The position numbers and the translations under genes are program-made. A stretch of 64,000 nt of DNA from Klebsormidium nitens (Eukaryota > Plantae > Klebsormidiophyceae), in the NCBI GenBank assembly GCA_000708835.1, contig DF237102.1, positions 106,153 to 170,152 of the forward strand. Reading direction: 5' to 3'. The notes below the pieces were generated by a model, which saw only the letters and a list, made by a program, of their open reading frames with translations, was not told where the DNA came from and did not search any database. Shown one piece after another: positions 46,707 through 59,700 of this stretch. The first letter of the stretch is position 1, and every line of letters starts with the position of its first letter.

Positions 46707-49700
46707 ATGGCAGACTGGGACACCACAAGTTCAGGCACGACAGGCAAAAGGAAAGCAGAGGAGGCAGAAGGGTCTGACAAAAAGCGACACGAGCTCATAC
46801 AGAGTGGCGGAATAAAGCACGATGGTATGTTCAAGAAACTTACACAAGCTCCGTTGATGTCCTGATTTATTTTTAGCTCTGTTCAAATGGAGCTGAAGTC
46901 CATCCCTTATTCGGTTCTGTGCTTCAACGTTTCTCATGAAGCAAGGTGTCCCAGAGTTGCACTGGCGTTTGTAGGTTTACAGAAACGGTATAGTCTGTTC
47001 AAGTGGCGGCTGCTGCTATGTTGAGACTTTTGTCTTCGTAGGCAATCGCTGGTTATGGACGTCAGTCGAGGTCCGTCCTCTGTCAAAAGCAGACAGGAAG
47101 TCCAGAAATGGAGTTCTGAAATAACTCGGACTCCATTTGAGGTGACTTCATCCCCGACACGTTGATGGTTGATGGCGCCGTATTAGCTTATTACCAGGTT
47201 CTTGATTGTGGGAGACTGTTCTGAGATGGCAGATTCCCCAATCTTGGCTAAGACTGAATTATCCCTCTAATTCAGTATTTCAGTGCTGAGTTGCTTTGCA
47301 AGTCAGAAACCTGCTTCACCGCTTCTAATACACGGATATCTTGATCGCTCAAATAACCGATGCAGCATAGCTGTTATGGGGATTTGAGGAACCTTGAGAC
47401 AAGACCTTGGACCAAAGCAACATCTGGAAGCATGGACTTTTGAGTTGACAGAAGCTTGTTTTTGGCGTGCAGACGTCCCGCCAGTCAGCTACAAATTGCT
47501 GCTCGAAGAGACTCTGCCCAAACTACCCACTCTGCCAGATGCGAAAGCGACTACTCAGAAAGCTGGCGAGCTCAAGTAAGCAAACAAAAACACATCAATG
47601 AAAGTGACGGCTGTGCTCGAAATCTCGAAGGGCCACAGAAGTAAACGAATAGTAGTCTTTAGTAGCTATTCCTGAGTGAACTAAGTCACCATGGCTACCA
47701 TGACTGCTAGGCATCACGATTTTGCGAACGGAAAAATGACTCGGTGAAAGGTCGGCTGGAAAGGGAGCAGGTCTTTGCGAAGATCGTTGCAGGAAATCAG
47801 AAGAGAAGACCAAGAACGCTTCAAGCGAATGTCCTTCTTGTTTTCGCAGGCTTCCACACTTCGTATTCCAAAACGTTTATGCCGACCAGATTATGCGGAT
47901 CATTGAAGCGCTTCCTGACCATCAAGTGCAAATAGCCTCAGCCGACTCCTCTGGCCCCACGTCCATTACCTCAACAGCTTCTGGCATTGCGGCGATGCAG
48001 AACTGGATCTTCAATACCTGCAACGCAGTGAGTCTCGCGCGGCACTGTTTGCCGAATCTCGTTTTATATGCTGCCTCAGTGAGTACAGGTCTGCAAACTT
48101 GTGAAAAAGCTTGTCTTGCATCTGGCTGACTGAGCTCCTTGCCTTGGAAGACCGCTCGTTTTCTGCGTTCCTTCTGCAGAACCCGTCTCGTTCCAGTTAC
48201 CTTGACACCTTGTGCAGAAATTCTTGATTCAACTGACTTGTCCGCCAAAGCGGGTTATTGCACTCTGGAGCGGGTTTCGACACGAATCGTACCTTCAGTG
48301 GATGTTTGACTAATTGTCAATTGACTGCAAACCTCTCGACCGTTCTGATGTTCAAAAACTTGCCGTGTTTAGTAGCTTCCTTCACAACCATTGCTTTGTG
48401 AATCTTCTCGGACGAACTGGCACGGATCAGACAACAGCTTGAAGATAGAAGAGGGCTAGAAGCACGCGTTGCTTTTGTAACGGGAAGATATGTTGAAAAG
48501 TATTGCATAAACAAAAGGAGTTGCAGTTGCATCCCATTTGCTTTCTCATTCTCAGATCTTGAGCCAGTGGCCGAACGACGAGTTCATCCGACGATGGCAG
48601 ATCCGGAAGAACCCTGACAAGGACTCAGACCATCCAAGCGGGCAACCAGACAGTTACCTGGAGATGACCTTCGATAAAGACGGACGACCAAATCCAGAGT
48701 AAGAGACAACTGACATTTTGATATGTCAAAGGCAAGGCTCTTCGGAAGCATTATTTGTCAAGCAGAATTGACGTTTCGGAGGCACAACCCCACATTAGAT
48801 GCTGCGATCAACCTCGGCTGCAAGCTGATTCGCGCTGCTTAGATTGGCACATGCTGGCAGACCGTCGAGTCCCTTCCGATGACCACCTATCGTCTTGTTC
48901 TTGAAGAGCATTCTCTGCTTTCAAAAAGATTCCTTCTTCTGCTCTGGCCCCGGAAGGCTCTCCCGTCCTTCTCTCACTTTACTGAACAGTTCCAGCACTC
49001 TTTCCGTGACAAAGTTGCCTCGCAGCTGTTTCACTCCCATTCTTTTGGTCTTTGGCATCTTTGACAGTTGAGTAAACAGTAAGGGTGAGCCAGAGTTCTG
49101 TATTGGTCGCACGCAGGCCCGTACGGCTCATAGCGCTGGTTGAAGAGCAGTGGGAGACGTTTTCTGCGCAGCAGTCCCCCGAGGTTATCGAGACTGACAA
49201 GCTGGACCTTTGGGAAGCGTTCAGCAAAAAAAGGCTCAGGTGAATACCCCAAAGCATTACGGTCTGATTACAGTGCGAGGCCTCCGGTCCCACTCCATAG
49301 GGCCGGGCTACCTTAGCAGTATCTTTTCAAGCCTCACTCCTTCTAGCCGATAGACGTTTTTAATTACCACGTCACACAGGAAAATGCATTCGCATCTGAT
49401 CGATGACAAAGAATGGAGCTTTACGATTGGGGTTGAAGCCGACATCAACGGTCGATCAAAAGGCACCTTGGTCTGAAGGCTTCCCTAAGGTCAATGCTTT
49501 GCAGGGGATTGAAACTGATGGTGACATCTTGTCGTCTTCACCTTCTAATTTTGTTTTGTCCGGCATTATGTTCTTTCTGTAGACTGGAACGAACATCAAC
49601 GTCTCTCCTGACAGTCGTCCTCGTTTGTCATCCATGTTTTTCTTTTCGCAAGGCTGCTACGAACTGCATGAAACAAGCAGCAAGGGAAGGTAGCGGACTG

Positions 49701-51768
49701 GATCCGGCTGATGCAAGGCTGGGAAACCTGGACCCCCCTTAAAACTCTGATACATTGCAATTTACTTGCAGCGAGAAGGGCCGGAGAGCCTTCTTGCAGG
49801 CCCTCAACCCCCTCTTCAATGACGAGCAGCTTCAATGTGTCTTCCTGTATACTCCAGCAGCTCTTTGGGTGATCGAGTCAGGAGATAGACCTCACAAGAG
49901 ACTGGCAATTGTGTCTGAGCCGTTTCCTGCGAGCAGCCAAAACCCGACAATGAAGCAGGTGAGAGGGACATAATAGTGTTACCTCTGTTTGACTTGCCAG
50001 TTTTCGTGGAACAACCGGGTTTGCATGTCTTTCTTTCGGCTGCACCTGATCATTATCCTTGCCTTTGAAGATGCATTTACGAAAGGTTTAGGAAGGTACC
50101 ATTTGATAAATTGCGGGTCATATGAAAAGTTGAGCGACTGGCTTTCCTAAATCTCTTGCTCGATTCCTTTGAAGAAATCCAATCCCTTCAGCGCGAAGCC
50201 CTTTGGAGCACACGTTCATTGACAGGATTACAGCCGGTGCAGAGGGGCGCGTAGAGATACTAAAACCAGGCATGACTTGTGCTGTTGCCTGCACCGCTCC
50301 CAACAGTGCTTTGGGAGCACTCAATCTCCTCATGCGTGGCGACCTGACCTACCTCCGCAGGCTAAGATGTTTTGCCGTCCTTGAAGTGCACACAACGCGC
50401 TGGATATGAGGAAGATTCGTATTCGGCACGCACGCTGACTCCGAATAGCTGGCTCCCAGGCTTGGCGTTCTTATGACCACTGATGACGTCATCTTGTTTG
50501 TGAAGGCTGTATTCGCGATCATTTTTCGAGAGCTGATGTCCGCCAGAACGAGGATGGAGGGAGCTGAAAATTGGCTGGAGCCGTTCGTGCGGAAGCCACC
50601 GGAAGAGCTCCCTTGGTCGGACAACGACGAGGCGCAGGGGGCTGACGGGAGCGCGAGCGGGTTTGTGACGTTAGCGGCCGTCGAGGGCGACACAGATGGC
50701 GACCAGCTGCTTCGCGAGCTTGAGGATACGGATTCACCTCGTTGCGGCAATTCTGTCGTGCGCCTAGGCAGGTATGCATGAGAACGGAAGTTGGGTGCCC
50801 ACAGAAATGTAACCGGACAATGTAAATCGATGTCACAATCGAAGGAAACAGAAGGATAGGCAGCAAACGTGTAAGCGATGAGATCTTCCATTGGAGAAAG
50901 AAAGCAGGTTTGAGATTCAGCGGCTCAGTCTCGTGAATATCTAAACTCAAAGCGGAAATCATCAAGTAGCTAACAAATTTTAGCACGTTTTTGACCAATT
51001 TGCTTTTCATTAGGGTACGCTTTCAACTTGAGAGTTCAAGTGCTTCAAAGGAAGGTGTTCGGATTTTACGGGTATCTTATGTTTCTCCATCGTTGTGCAA
51101 GGGCTTCTTGATTTAAAGGCGCCTCTCTCCCTTCAATTCACAAATGTAAGCACTTCTTGCATTTGGGCTGGAATCCTTTTGCAATTGCAAGCACGCGGTC
51201 CTCAAGCGCTTATTAGTTCGCGTCTTGTTTGAGCTTTTGCAACGGAGGCGTCGAATCAATTTCACCACTGCTCCAGTTTTGTTCATTGGTTTATGGCAGG
51301 CTAAGGGGGACCAAAGTAGCGGCCAAAATCGTGCGTGGTGATGCCGAAGATTGGATCAAAGAGGAGATTGAAAACGAGGGCAGGGCTTTCAAGGCTCTCA
51401 AGACTCTGCAAGGGTCAGTGATACCGGAAGTGATATTCTTTGGCAAAGTGAACGAGGGGAAGGATTGGCTGCTCGTCACGAAGTTCGTGGAGGGTGTGAT
51501 GCTAGACAAGGTCCAGATCTCGGAAGAGATTGCTGCGAATGCGAGGAGTGCTTCGCAAGCGATCCTCGACCAGGGCTGCATTCACGGGGACGTAATGCCC
51601 CGGAATATTTTTGTCACGGAAACCGGTGAATGCGTTTTCATCGATCTGGGAAGAACCAAGCGGGTGAAGGATGGGAGCAAAATGAAAGACCAGAGTATGC
51701 GTTACCTCAATGTGTTGCTGAAGAGAGGGTCAGAAGCCCAAGACCGAAAGCAGATTTTAGATTTCTAG
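46707..51768 (+). CDS. Crinkler-like effector-type protein: degenerate PD-(D/E)xK REase-like domain + C-terminal atypical protein kinase (528 aa, 8 exons)
   Basis: Exons 46707-46824, 47473-47575, 47850-48027, 48556-48698, 49117-49239, 49772-49958, 50506-50771 and 51300-51768 are all GT-AG and phase-consistent (sum 1587 nt). Kinase motifs: KVAAK, EIENE, LKTLQGSVIPEV, IHGDVMPRNIF, FIDLG. Upstream QPDSY...RLIALVEEQ...DLWEAF...AFLQ...LAIVSEPFPASSQNPTMKQAV resembles the CR-REase module that precedes such kinases (family assignment is recall, not a search). Confidence 0.72.
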
Positions 51769-53733
51769 GGGCCAACCGGTTAACAATCACACTTCAGAGA
51801 TGCATGGTTGTTGTCAAACGTAGCTCTTGACATTGCTCGAATGCTGACGACCGAGTTCACTAGAATTGATCTAAATTAGTGTGCCAGTGGTATCTGTGAG
51901 GAAACGGGCACACAAAGAGCATGGCAATCGAAGCATACAATTGCTTCTTTTTGATATGTATTGCTAGGCACATAAATGGGCTTAAGAGCTACTATGCCGC
52001 CTCTGCCAAGTACGTAGCTCAATGCAAAAGTTTGCGCACTTCCAAATCATCATGGGTACAAGACTCGGAAAAAGCATAAGTTCGTAAATCTTGCGGCTGG
52101 CCGCGAGTGAGTCCAAGCTACGCAATGCGCCCAGCCGCACCAATTGAGTCCTGCCACCGTGCGCTTACCGTAGAAGACCCGTTACTGGACCGGCTTAAAT
52201 TTTTCGCACCGCTTATTTGCAACATTTCTTAGCGAATTTACGATTCTGAAGTGCGGTTTTCTCCACATATCCAGGTTTTCTAAGGGCTATCTGCCGACGC
52301 ACTTGGATCCAGATTTGACCAACTCTAGGTCATGCTTTGGAGTCAAAAACCTCTGTTTTCCGCGCAAAAGAGCTGATCCAGTTTTGGACAGTTGGAATTA
52401 TGAGACTGGATCAAGATAGGTCCAGTTTAGGGCGGAGGTGATCCGCTAATGGTACGAGATCCGGTTTTGGGCACTCTACGGAACGTGCATCTTAACCGTC
52501 ATCCTAGAAGTATAGTTCTTCAGAACGCCTCTTAATTACAAGTTTGTTGCAGACAAAAATCAAAGGGGCGGGCCTGGTGCAGGGGGCGGCCGGCCGCGAA
52601 TTGCAAACCCCAATCTAGGCAGCCAGCGCGCAGAATAACATTTGACTGGTTACTAAGCCAAGTCAAGCCATGTTTGCGAAGTTGCATACAGGATCGTTCA
52701 CCCCAGAGTCTCTTGATTGTGCACACACGTTAAGGCCGGGTGGCGCAAGGTGGTGCCTTGCAGATTTACCATTAAAACCGAGTGGCGGCGATGATCCGTG
52801 CATGAGAATGCTCGTACCGTCCGGCCTGGCCGATGGTATAATAGGTGGTTCAAGCAAATCTGCAGCTCTGTTCGAGCTGCGGCTCTATCCGATTGACAGC
52901 TGCGAGAAGTATCATAGTATCCTTCCTTAGAAGCACCTTTTCCGGTTTAAAGAGATGAATGTAGTGAAGAGTTCCATGCGGTGCAATGTTCACAAGCGTG
53001 CCTAGCGCTGTTAAGAATCTGGCTTCCCTGTGCAAAACGTATCTTGCCTTACTGGCTATGATCTTTCTGTCCCGTTTATCAATCTACGGTACATGCCTAC
53101 TATCTCGGAGTTCTGTCAAAGACTTGCAACTCGCGCCACCTACACTTACAACCAATCAGCTCGTTGCTTGTACGCACGGCTAAAGCCAAAGCAATCCTGA
53201 CCGAGTAACGAAGAAAATTCTAGAATGTTTACCGTAAAATCCGCCTCAGGCTCAACTTCGGAGAGTCGATTTGAAGCGATCTGCATGACTGTCTTTAAGA
53301 ATCCACCTGTCCTAATGCAGGGAGACCAAGCATCGTCCGGTAGCCTGACGCTTGCGTTTCCGCTATCCGCCGTGCGAGCCAGCTCAGTGAATAAAATCTC
53401 TCGTTCGCGTGCGCTTAAAATTCCACAGAAATAAACCTTTTTCGCTAGACGCCGGAGATCCGCAGGCCGCGCGCATGCAATGCATTTGACTGTGCAGGAG
53501 CGACAATCACCCTCGTTCCGCCGGTTTCCGGGTCCGCCACCGTCTTTCCGCCCAACTCTTCCGCCCGCTTCTTTCACGGAGCCCTTCCGCGCCACCCTTT
53601 AGTCCTCCTACTGCATTCCGCACCAACACCACAATAATCAAAACGCCGCGTCCCTTTATTCCGGGGGGGCTTCACAGGGGCAACGGCGCAACCCCGGACA
53701 CCCCCACCCCCCACTTCCCCTTTTCGGGGGGTA

Positions 53734-56700
53734 CTAGAGACTGAGCACCGCGCAGCCCCAGATCCCCCCCCGCCCGTCGCCCATGTTGGGTGCGGACCGC
53801 CACGCGTTTTCCCCGCGCGCCAACGCCCCCGGGTTGAAAACCTCCACCGTGTTTACATTCCGGCCCCGGTTCAGGTCGCCGTCCCGGTAGAAAATGGTCC
53901 CCCCGAGCATGTAAAGTTCCCCATTGAAGGCGACCAAACGCGAGCCCGCGTGCTTGATCTCCGCCGGGAGAGGCAGCTGGTCGACGACGAACCAGGAGTT
54001 GGTCGCCTCGCGGTAGCACTTGATCCTGAGGAGATGAACAAAACGGGGAACTGTCAGCTTTGGGAATGGTGAGTTTGCTAGCCTAAAACGGGTAGGGTTG
54101 GCATGGGGGTTGAGGGTGCGAAGCACGTAATATTCTCGTTTACATTATTGGTGTTTGTCGGGAGTTGGTCGCCTCGCGGTAGCACTTGATCCTGCCCGGG
54201 GTAAAGCGGAGGGCGAAGATGAGGGAACGGGCCTTGTAACTTTGGACATTTGGACTCTAGGATACTGTTATTGTCATCAAGCTTGTCCAAGGTGGGAGAT
54301 TAAAATTCCACGCGAATACCCGAAAACCTTTGGGCACAGATTAAGTCGGCGCAAAGCGAAAGGTTCTTTTCCTTCATTTTCTGCGGAGGGACTGCTCGGT
54401 AGGTTGACCTGGACAGATTCATGCACCCGTTTCTTCACTTTGGAATTCATGCATGAAGCTTTGAAGCTCCCAGCGCGGAAAGGTTCGACAATAGCTCCAA
54501 TGGTGAAACCTCGGTGAAGATACCCAATCCCAAATCGCTCAATCGGTTAGAAGGAAAGACAAAACCAATGCCCATTCCCGCTTCTAGAATACTTTTGAGT
54601 GAACTCGTTGCAACCAAATCCACTCATTTGTGATAGCCTGTTACTTTCCCCTGGGTCCTCGTTGTCGTGACACAAATCCAGCTTTTCAAGCACGCTTACG
54701 GGTCAGAAACGACTCGGAAAGGTCTGGCTTTTTTGCCTCAGAATCAACCTCCGCGAAATTGTAGTGGAGGTAAAGAATCTCAAGGACCGAGGCCGACTGG
54801 TCTTGCTTTGTGCCCTGCTCGTTAAATCGTCACGAACTTGAAGTGGAATTGAAGGAGCCGCAGAATCCGCTAAGGGTTGCTCACTTGCAGTCATCTTCGC
54901 AGTCGACCGTGTACAGCATTTCGTCGAGGACCGCGGCCGGGTTGGGCAGGTCCTTCCGCATCCACATCTCGTCCACGGTGCGCCACGTGGCAGTCTCCGG
55001 GTCAAAAACCTGGCGACCGGGAAATATAAATCTTTTTTTCGGTGCGAAACAACGCTCTTCGTGCAGAGGGCGCCACGTGGCCATCAAGTCGGTGAAAGCA
55101 GAAGTTTGGAATGATTGATTTGAATCCGCGGAAGGGAAAAGTGATGATATCCTTTGGGGATAAGCCAGTGAGATCGACAAGGTCGTTTCGATGTAGACAT
55201 CTGCATTTCCCTCTCTGAGTTATGACCGAAACTTCGAGCACACCGTTGATAAGAACCATTCATCATTCAATGGTGAACAAATCAAGGTAATCCGACGACC
55301 GTCGACGGAAGCTATGCGTTGTGCATGGACGACCGGTTCTGATAGCTGCGCGTCTGCCTACAATGTACACTTGGTTCAAACTCCACCCAAAGTCTGATTT
55401 CGAGATAGCGAGAGCGCCTTTTGAGCGACTCCAAGCATGACAGACGTGTGAGGAATCATTCACAATGATCTCAACTAACGAGGAATTCCCTAACGATGAA
55501 CGGAGTGTTCGCTTCGGAAAGCAAACAGCTCTTGAACTTGAACGACCTTCTTGGGGCTGACTAGTCCGCGGGGTTCTCCTGACTGTGCATCCACAGAAAG
55601 TGTTCTAAGAGTTGAATTCTGCCTGTTATTCAATGGTCCTTGTATGCCTGTTACCCTACTAGCGTTTGATTCCGTCAGGTTCGACGCCAGATTGATTATG
55701 AAACGTTGTGAGGTTCGGCAGACCCAATGTTACATGCTATAGATACCATAGTCGACCCTTTGGCGCTAGAAATATATTTCTGGGATTTTCGGCAGGCCGA
55801 ATAATCATTTATTTGTGGGCGAAATCAAAAGCTGGTACGGTGTTTAGGTTCCGCTTCCCTCTGCTTACCTCAGCAGACGAGCTGGCCCTCCAGCCCCCCG
55901 GGTTCTCGTCCCCGGCGTGTATTCTCCCGGCGTAAGTCCAGAGCTTCCCATGCAGGACCGCCCCGGCGCAGCCATACCGGGCGACGCTCATGCTGGGCAG
56001 CATCGTCCACCGGTTGGTGCTCGGGTCGTAGACCTGCGGGAAATGAGCATACCGTAACGTCAGCTCTGACGTCAGCGTTTGGCCGGTGTTTAGAAAGTGC
56101 TTAGAAGACCGTTCACGGGCCTCATGCCGTTCATATCCAGGCCCGCATCTTGCCAAACCCACCTGCCAGCAAACCCAGATCAGTCTACGTGCCTACAACG
56201 TGTCTACGCAGAATCTTCCGATAAGGTTTCACAAGTCGCCGTATATAATCCTTCTTCCACCTCCACATGATAGAGTACAATCAGAAGCGTCATGTGGAGG
56301 TCTTTTTAGGTATGACTTCTCAAATCATTGTCGCACATCTGGGCCGGGATACAAAGTGCATCAGGGATAGGACCGTGTTTGAAGACCGATGCGACAGTGC
56401 GTTCTATTTTTGCCTCGTATCATCAGACTGGTGATCGGACGTTGAATTTATTAGTTCACAATAAAAATACTCGGCAGGAAACAAGTGCGATGCATTCGCA
56501 CAATCAAATGGCCGGGGGACTATCAAGAGGCGCCTTTTTTGCACAGAAATTGTACTTTCTAGCAGTGAGGAGACGCAAAAATTCTCGTTCATAGACGGCT
56601 TTGGGGAATATCGGAGGGCGTTTCTAGTAGACGGCATTCAGCACCCAATCTATGGCCTCTGCCCCGAAGCGCAGAGAAGAAGCACGGAAACAGGGCCACA

Positions 56701-59700
56701 GCACCGGCGAGAGAAGATCGGAGGGAAAGAGAGCATGGCGAGTGCTATTCAAGCGCAAGGGACGAAGAAAAAGGACATAAATAAGGGAAAAATGACACAC
56801 AAGAAAGTCAAGAGGCAGACTGAAAGCGACCTGATAAGCGACCTGATAAGCGACTCACCTCCGCGCTGTTTAGCAGCTCCCCGTTCTGCCCCAGCCCCCC
56901 CGCGACATACACCTTCCCGTCGATCTCGCCAATCGCAAACGAGCGCCGCGCGATATTCATGTCGCCCGCCCACGACCACCGGTTCTTGACCGGGTCGTAG
57001 ACCCGCAGATCGCGCAACGCGTGCTGATCCATTTCGAGCATCGTTCCGTCGGAGGGATCCCCCGAGCTGCGGAAGTAGCAACCGCCCACCACCAGCATCT
57101 TTTCGTGCAGCGCAATCGTGGAGAACTTCGCGTGGACCAGTTGGCGGTCCGCACCGGGAAGGGGACCTGTGGGACCGAAAGTTTCCAGTTTAATCATTGT
57201 TCAAATCCAATATCGTCGATTGTTTTGCCTTTTCTTGAGTCTAAGGCTTTGCTACTTTTTTGTGAGGATATCTTCTTCTGGCTTTGTTCTGTTGCCTGAG
57301 GGTACCATGTCACGAGCAGTTGGCGGTCCGCACCAGGGAGGGGACCTGTTGGGGACCGCAGGTTTCAATCTAGTGACTTGACAAAATCACTTTCGTCTTA
57401 GATTTCTCAGCCTTTGCTTTCGATAAGATCGAAGCCCTTTCCAGTCTTCCGAGTTTCTTTTTCAAAGCCCAGAACCTATTAGATGGCGGTCCGCACCGGG
57501 GAGGGGACCTGTCGGGGACGGAAAGGTTCCAGGTCACTCAATTGTCCACGTCTAGCAGTGTCGAAATTGTATCTCATTGTCGGTCATTAAGGCTTTAAGG
57601 CTTTTGTATTGTTAGGATCTTTCGTTGGCTTCGTTCTTTTTTCCCTGAACTTAATCTGTCATCCAGCAGCTGGCGGTCCGACCGGATTTTGATGCTCGGG
57701 GTCGGGCGGTATAATCCGGTATATCCGGTGAGAAAAAAGGAACCTCCAAAAGAAGGAATGCATGTAAAGAGGACTTACTGCGCAGGAAGTGCCATCTCCG
57801 ATTGACAGGGTCGTAGACACGCCAAGGTCCCCAGCGGGGGGACTCGCAGAGCGCGTAGAGCCAGGGCTCTGACAGAGCGTTGTCCCCCCGGATCTTGTAC
57901 AGCTCCTCGGAACGAATCAGCATCGCCCACGCCTTGCTGACGCACTTGACCTGCGGGAGTACGTCCGGTTTGAAATTTCCTGACGTGTCTTTTGGAATCA
58001 ATTGAAATTGATAGATCAGGGAAAGAGTGATTATGTTTTGGGTAACGAGGTAAGACTTGCGACGGAAGGATATTTTCCGAGCCGCAACGTGTACAGCGCT
58101 TCGCATGATTGAGCTTTTGCCCACGTCTTAACGACGTACTTGACCTGCCGAGATGATGCTGTGGTTCGTTCTTCAAAACAGGTTCGCAGATTAGGAGAAC
58201 GCGTCGAAATCATGACGTCAGAACGACCGCGAAATCATCGGATCAATCGGACTAAGACATGTCTTTTCACAGCTGGCTACGGGACTAGGGATATCTTGGA
58301 CATAGACCAAGACATACTCTTGCACGGGTTTGCACCAACCAAACGAAGACATAATATAAACAAGAGCGACAATACCGTTCCACTGTTCAATTTTGGCAGA
58401 ACAGAGAATATTTGCCCTGCCAAAAGCCGCAAGTTTCAAATAATCTTTTCGATGTCCAAGGTGCCCAAATCAATCCACAAAACAGTCTTTTGAAGACGTA
58501 CTTGCGCCAGGACCCGCCGCGGCACTCGCGCGACGCACAGCATGGCGAGGTCGTCTGGGAGCCCCGGAAGGACAATGCTGCGGTCGGGGGAGCACCCCGG
58601 GGAGAGCGTGATCGAAATTCGCGGGCGGGAGTTGTCGCCGGAAGACGCGGGCGACTGCTCGGCGGAGGCGCTCCGTTGGCGGCCGGCCGCCGGTTGCGAA
58701 GAACTCCCCGGTTGCCCAGAACTGCTCGGTTGTCCGGGCCTGGAAAACAAGAGGAAAACTGGTGAAAACCCCAGACACACTCGAATTTTGCTAAAACGAC
58801 GGAGAAGTGCTCTGTGCGCGTGGCGTACTCGGTGAGTCGCGTTGCATCGCTGGGTGTGTTTTCAAATCCATGATTCAGTGCATGAAATATCAGGACAGCC
58901 CATCTTGGCAACCACACTCGACAGCAAGTTGTTCAACTGCAGCAGAGTGCCCAGTTGCGAAAGGACATGTTCGAAGAGTCGGTCCTTACGAAGTACTGAC
59001 TCGCTTCGTGGAGCGAACTTCGCAAGAACCAAACAGAATTATTGCAACGAAAGGTCCGTGAGCTCACCGGTTAGGAACAGACATGACGGTTCTCCAAAAA
59101 CCTGTCTAGAGGAACTGGCCCGAACGTACTACACAATTTTGGCAGATTTTTCAATCGGTTGCACATGAAAAGTGCTCGATGCGAAAGACAGGTCGGTCAG
59201 GCTTACCGGTTGGGATCAGACATGACGGTGTCTCTCGGCCCCCCCCCGCGGGCCTCTGGCAGAAGGGCGAACAACTCCCGCCACGGGACCGGTTCGCCCC
59301 CCCGGGGCACCGCCGACGTTTCCCGGAAGTCCTCGGGGGATCCCCCGCTCGACGCCGTGCGTTTCGAGTCGAAACTCGACGCCGCAGAGTGCGAGGAGCT
59401 TCCGGGATTGGACGGCGGGTCGATGAACTGCTGCGACAGGTACTCCACGCGCTGGTCGAAACTCGTGTCCGGGCTCGGGGGGCTTTGTTCCACGGTCGGA
59501 GGCGGCGGTTCCGCGCCCGGGACAACCCCCCCGGAGGTCGACGCCCCCGGGTCCCCCCCACGGGGCGTCGACGGGCCCGGCTCGCGGCTGAGGAGCGCTT
59601 CCGGGTGGCGGAGGAAACCGAAGTTTTCGCGCGCCCGGCTCGGCGGTGACTCTTCTTCGTTATCCTTTGGCTCGTCCATAACCGCCTGCCCGTGCGTGCT

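Noticed and set aside
47922-49293. Minus-strand ORFs (47922-48248, 48979-49293, 49031-49252) as transposase remnants
   Set aside because: The region is fully explained by plus-strand exons and introns of the REase-kinase gene.
51262-51299. Intron 3' end resembling the preceding kinase exon end (intron gain by duplication)
   Set aside because: Only 17/38 nt match, mostly the shared GGCAG; not distinguishable from chance.
53146-53595. 149-aa minus-strand ORF with a CxxC-like patch
   Set aside because: Starts at GTG immediately after the kelch gene's AATAAA; no splice or domain support; likely spurious.
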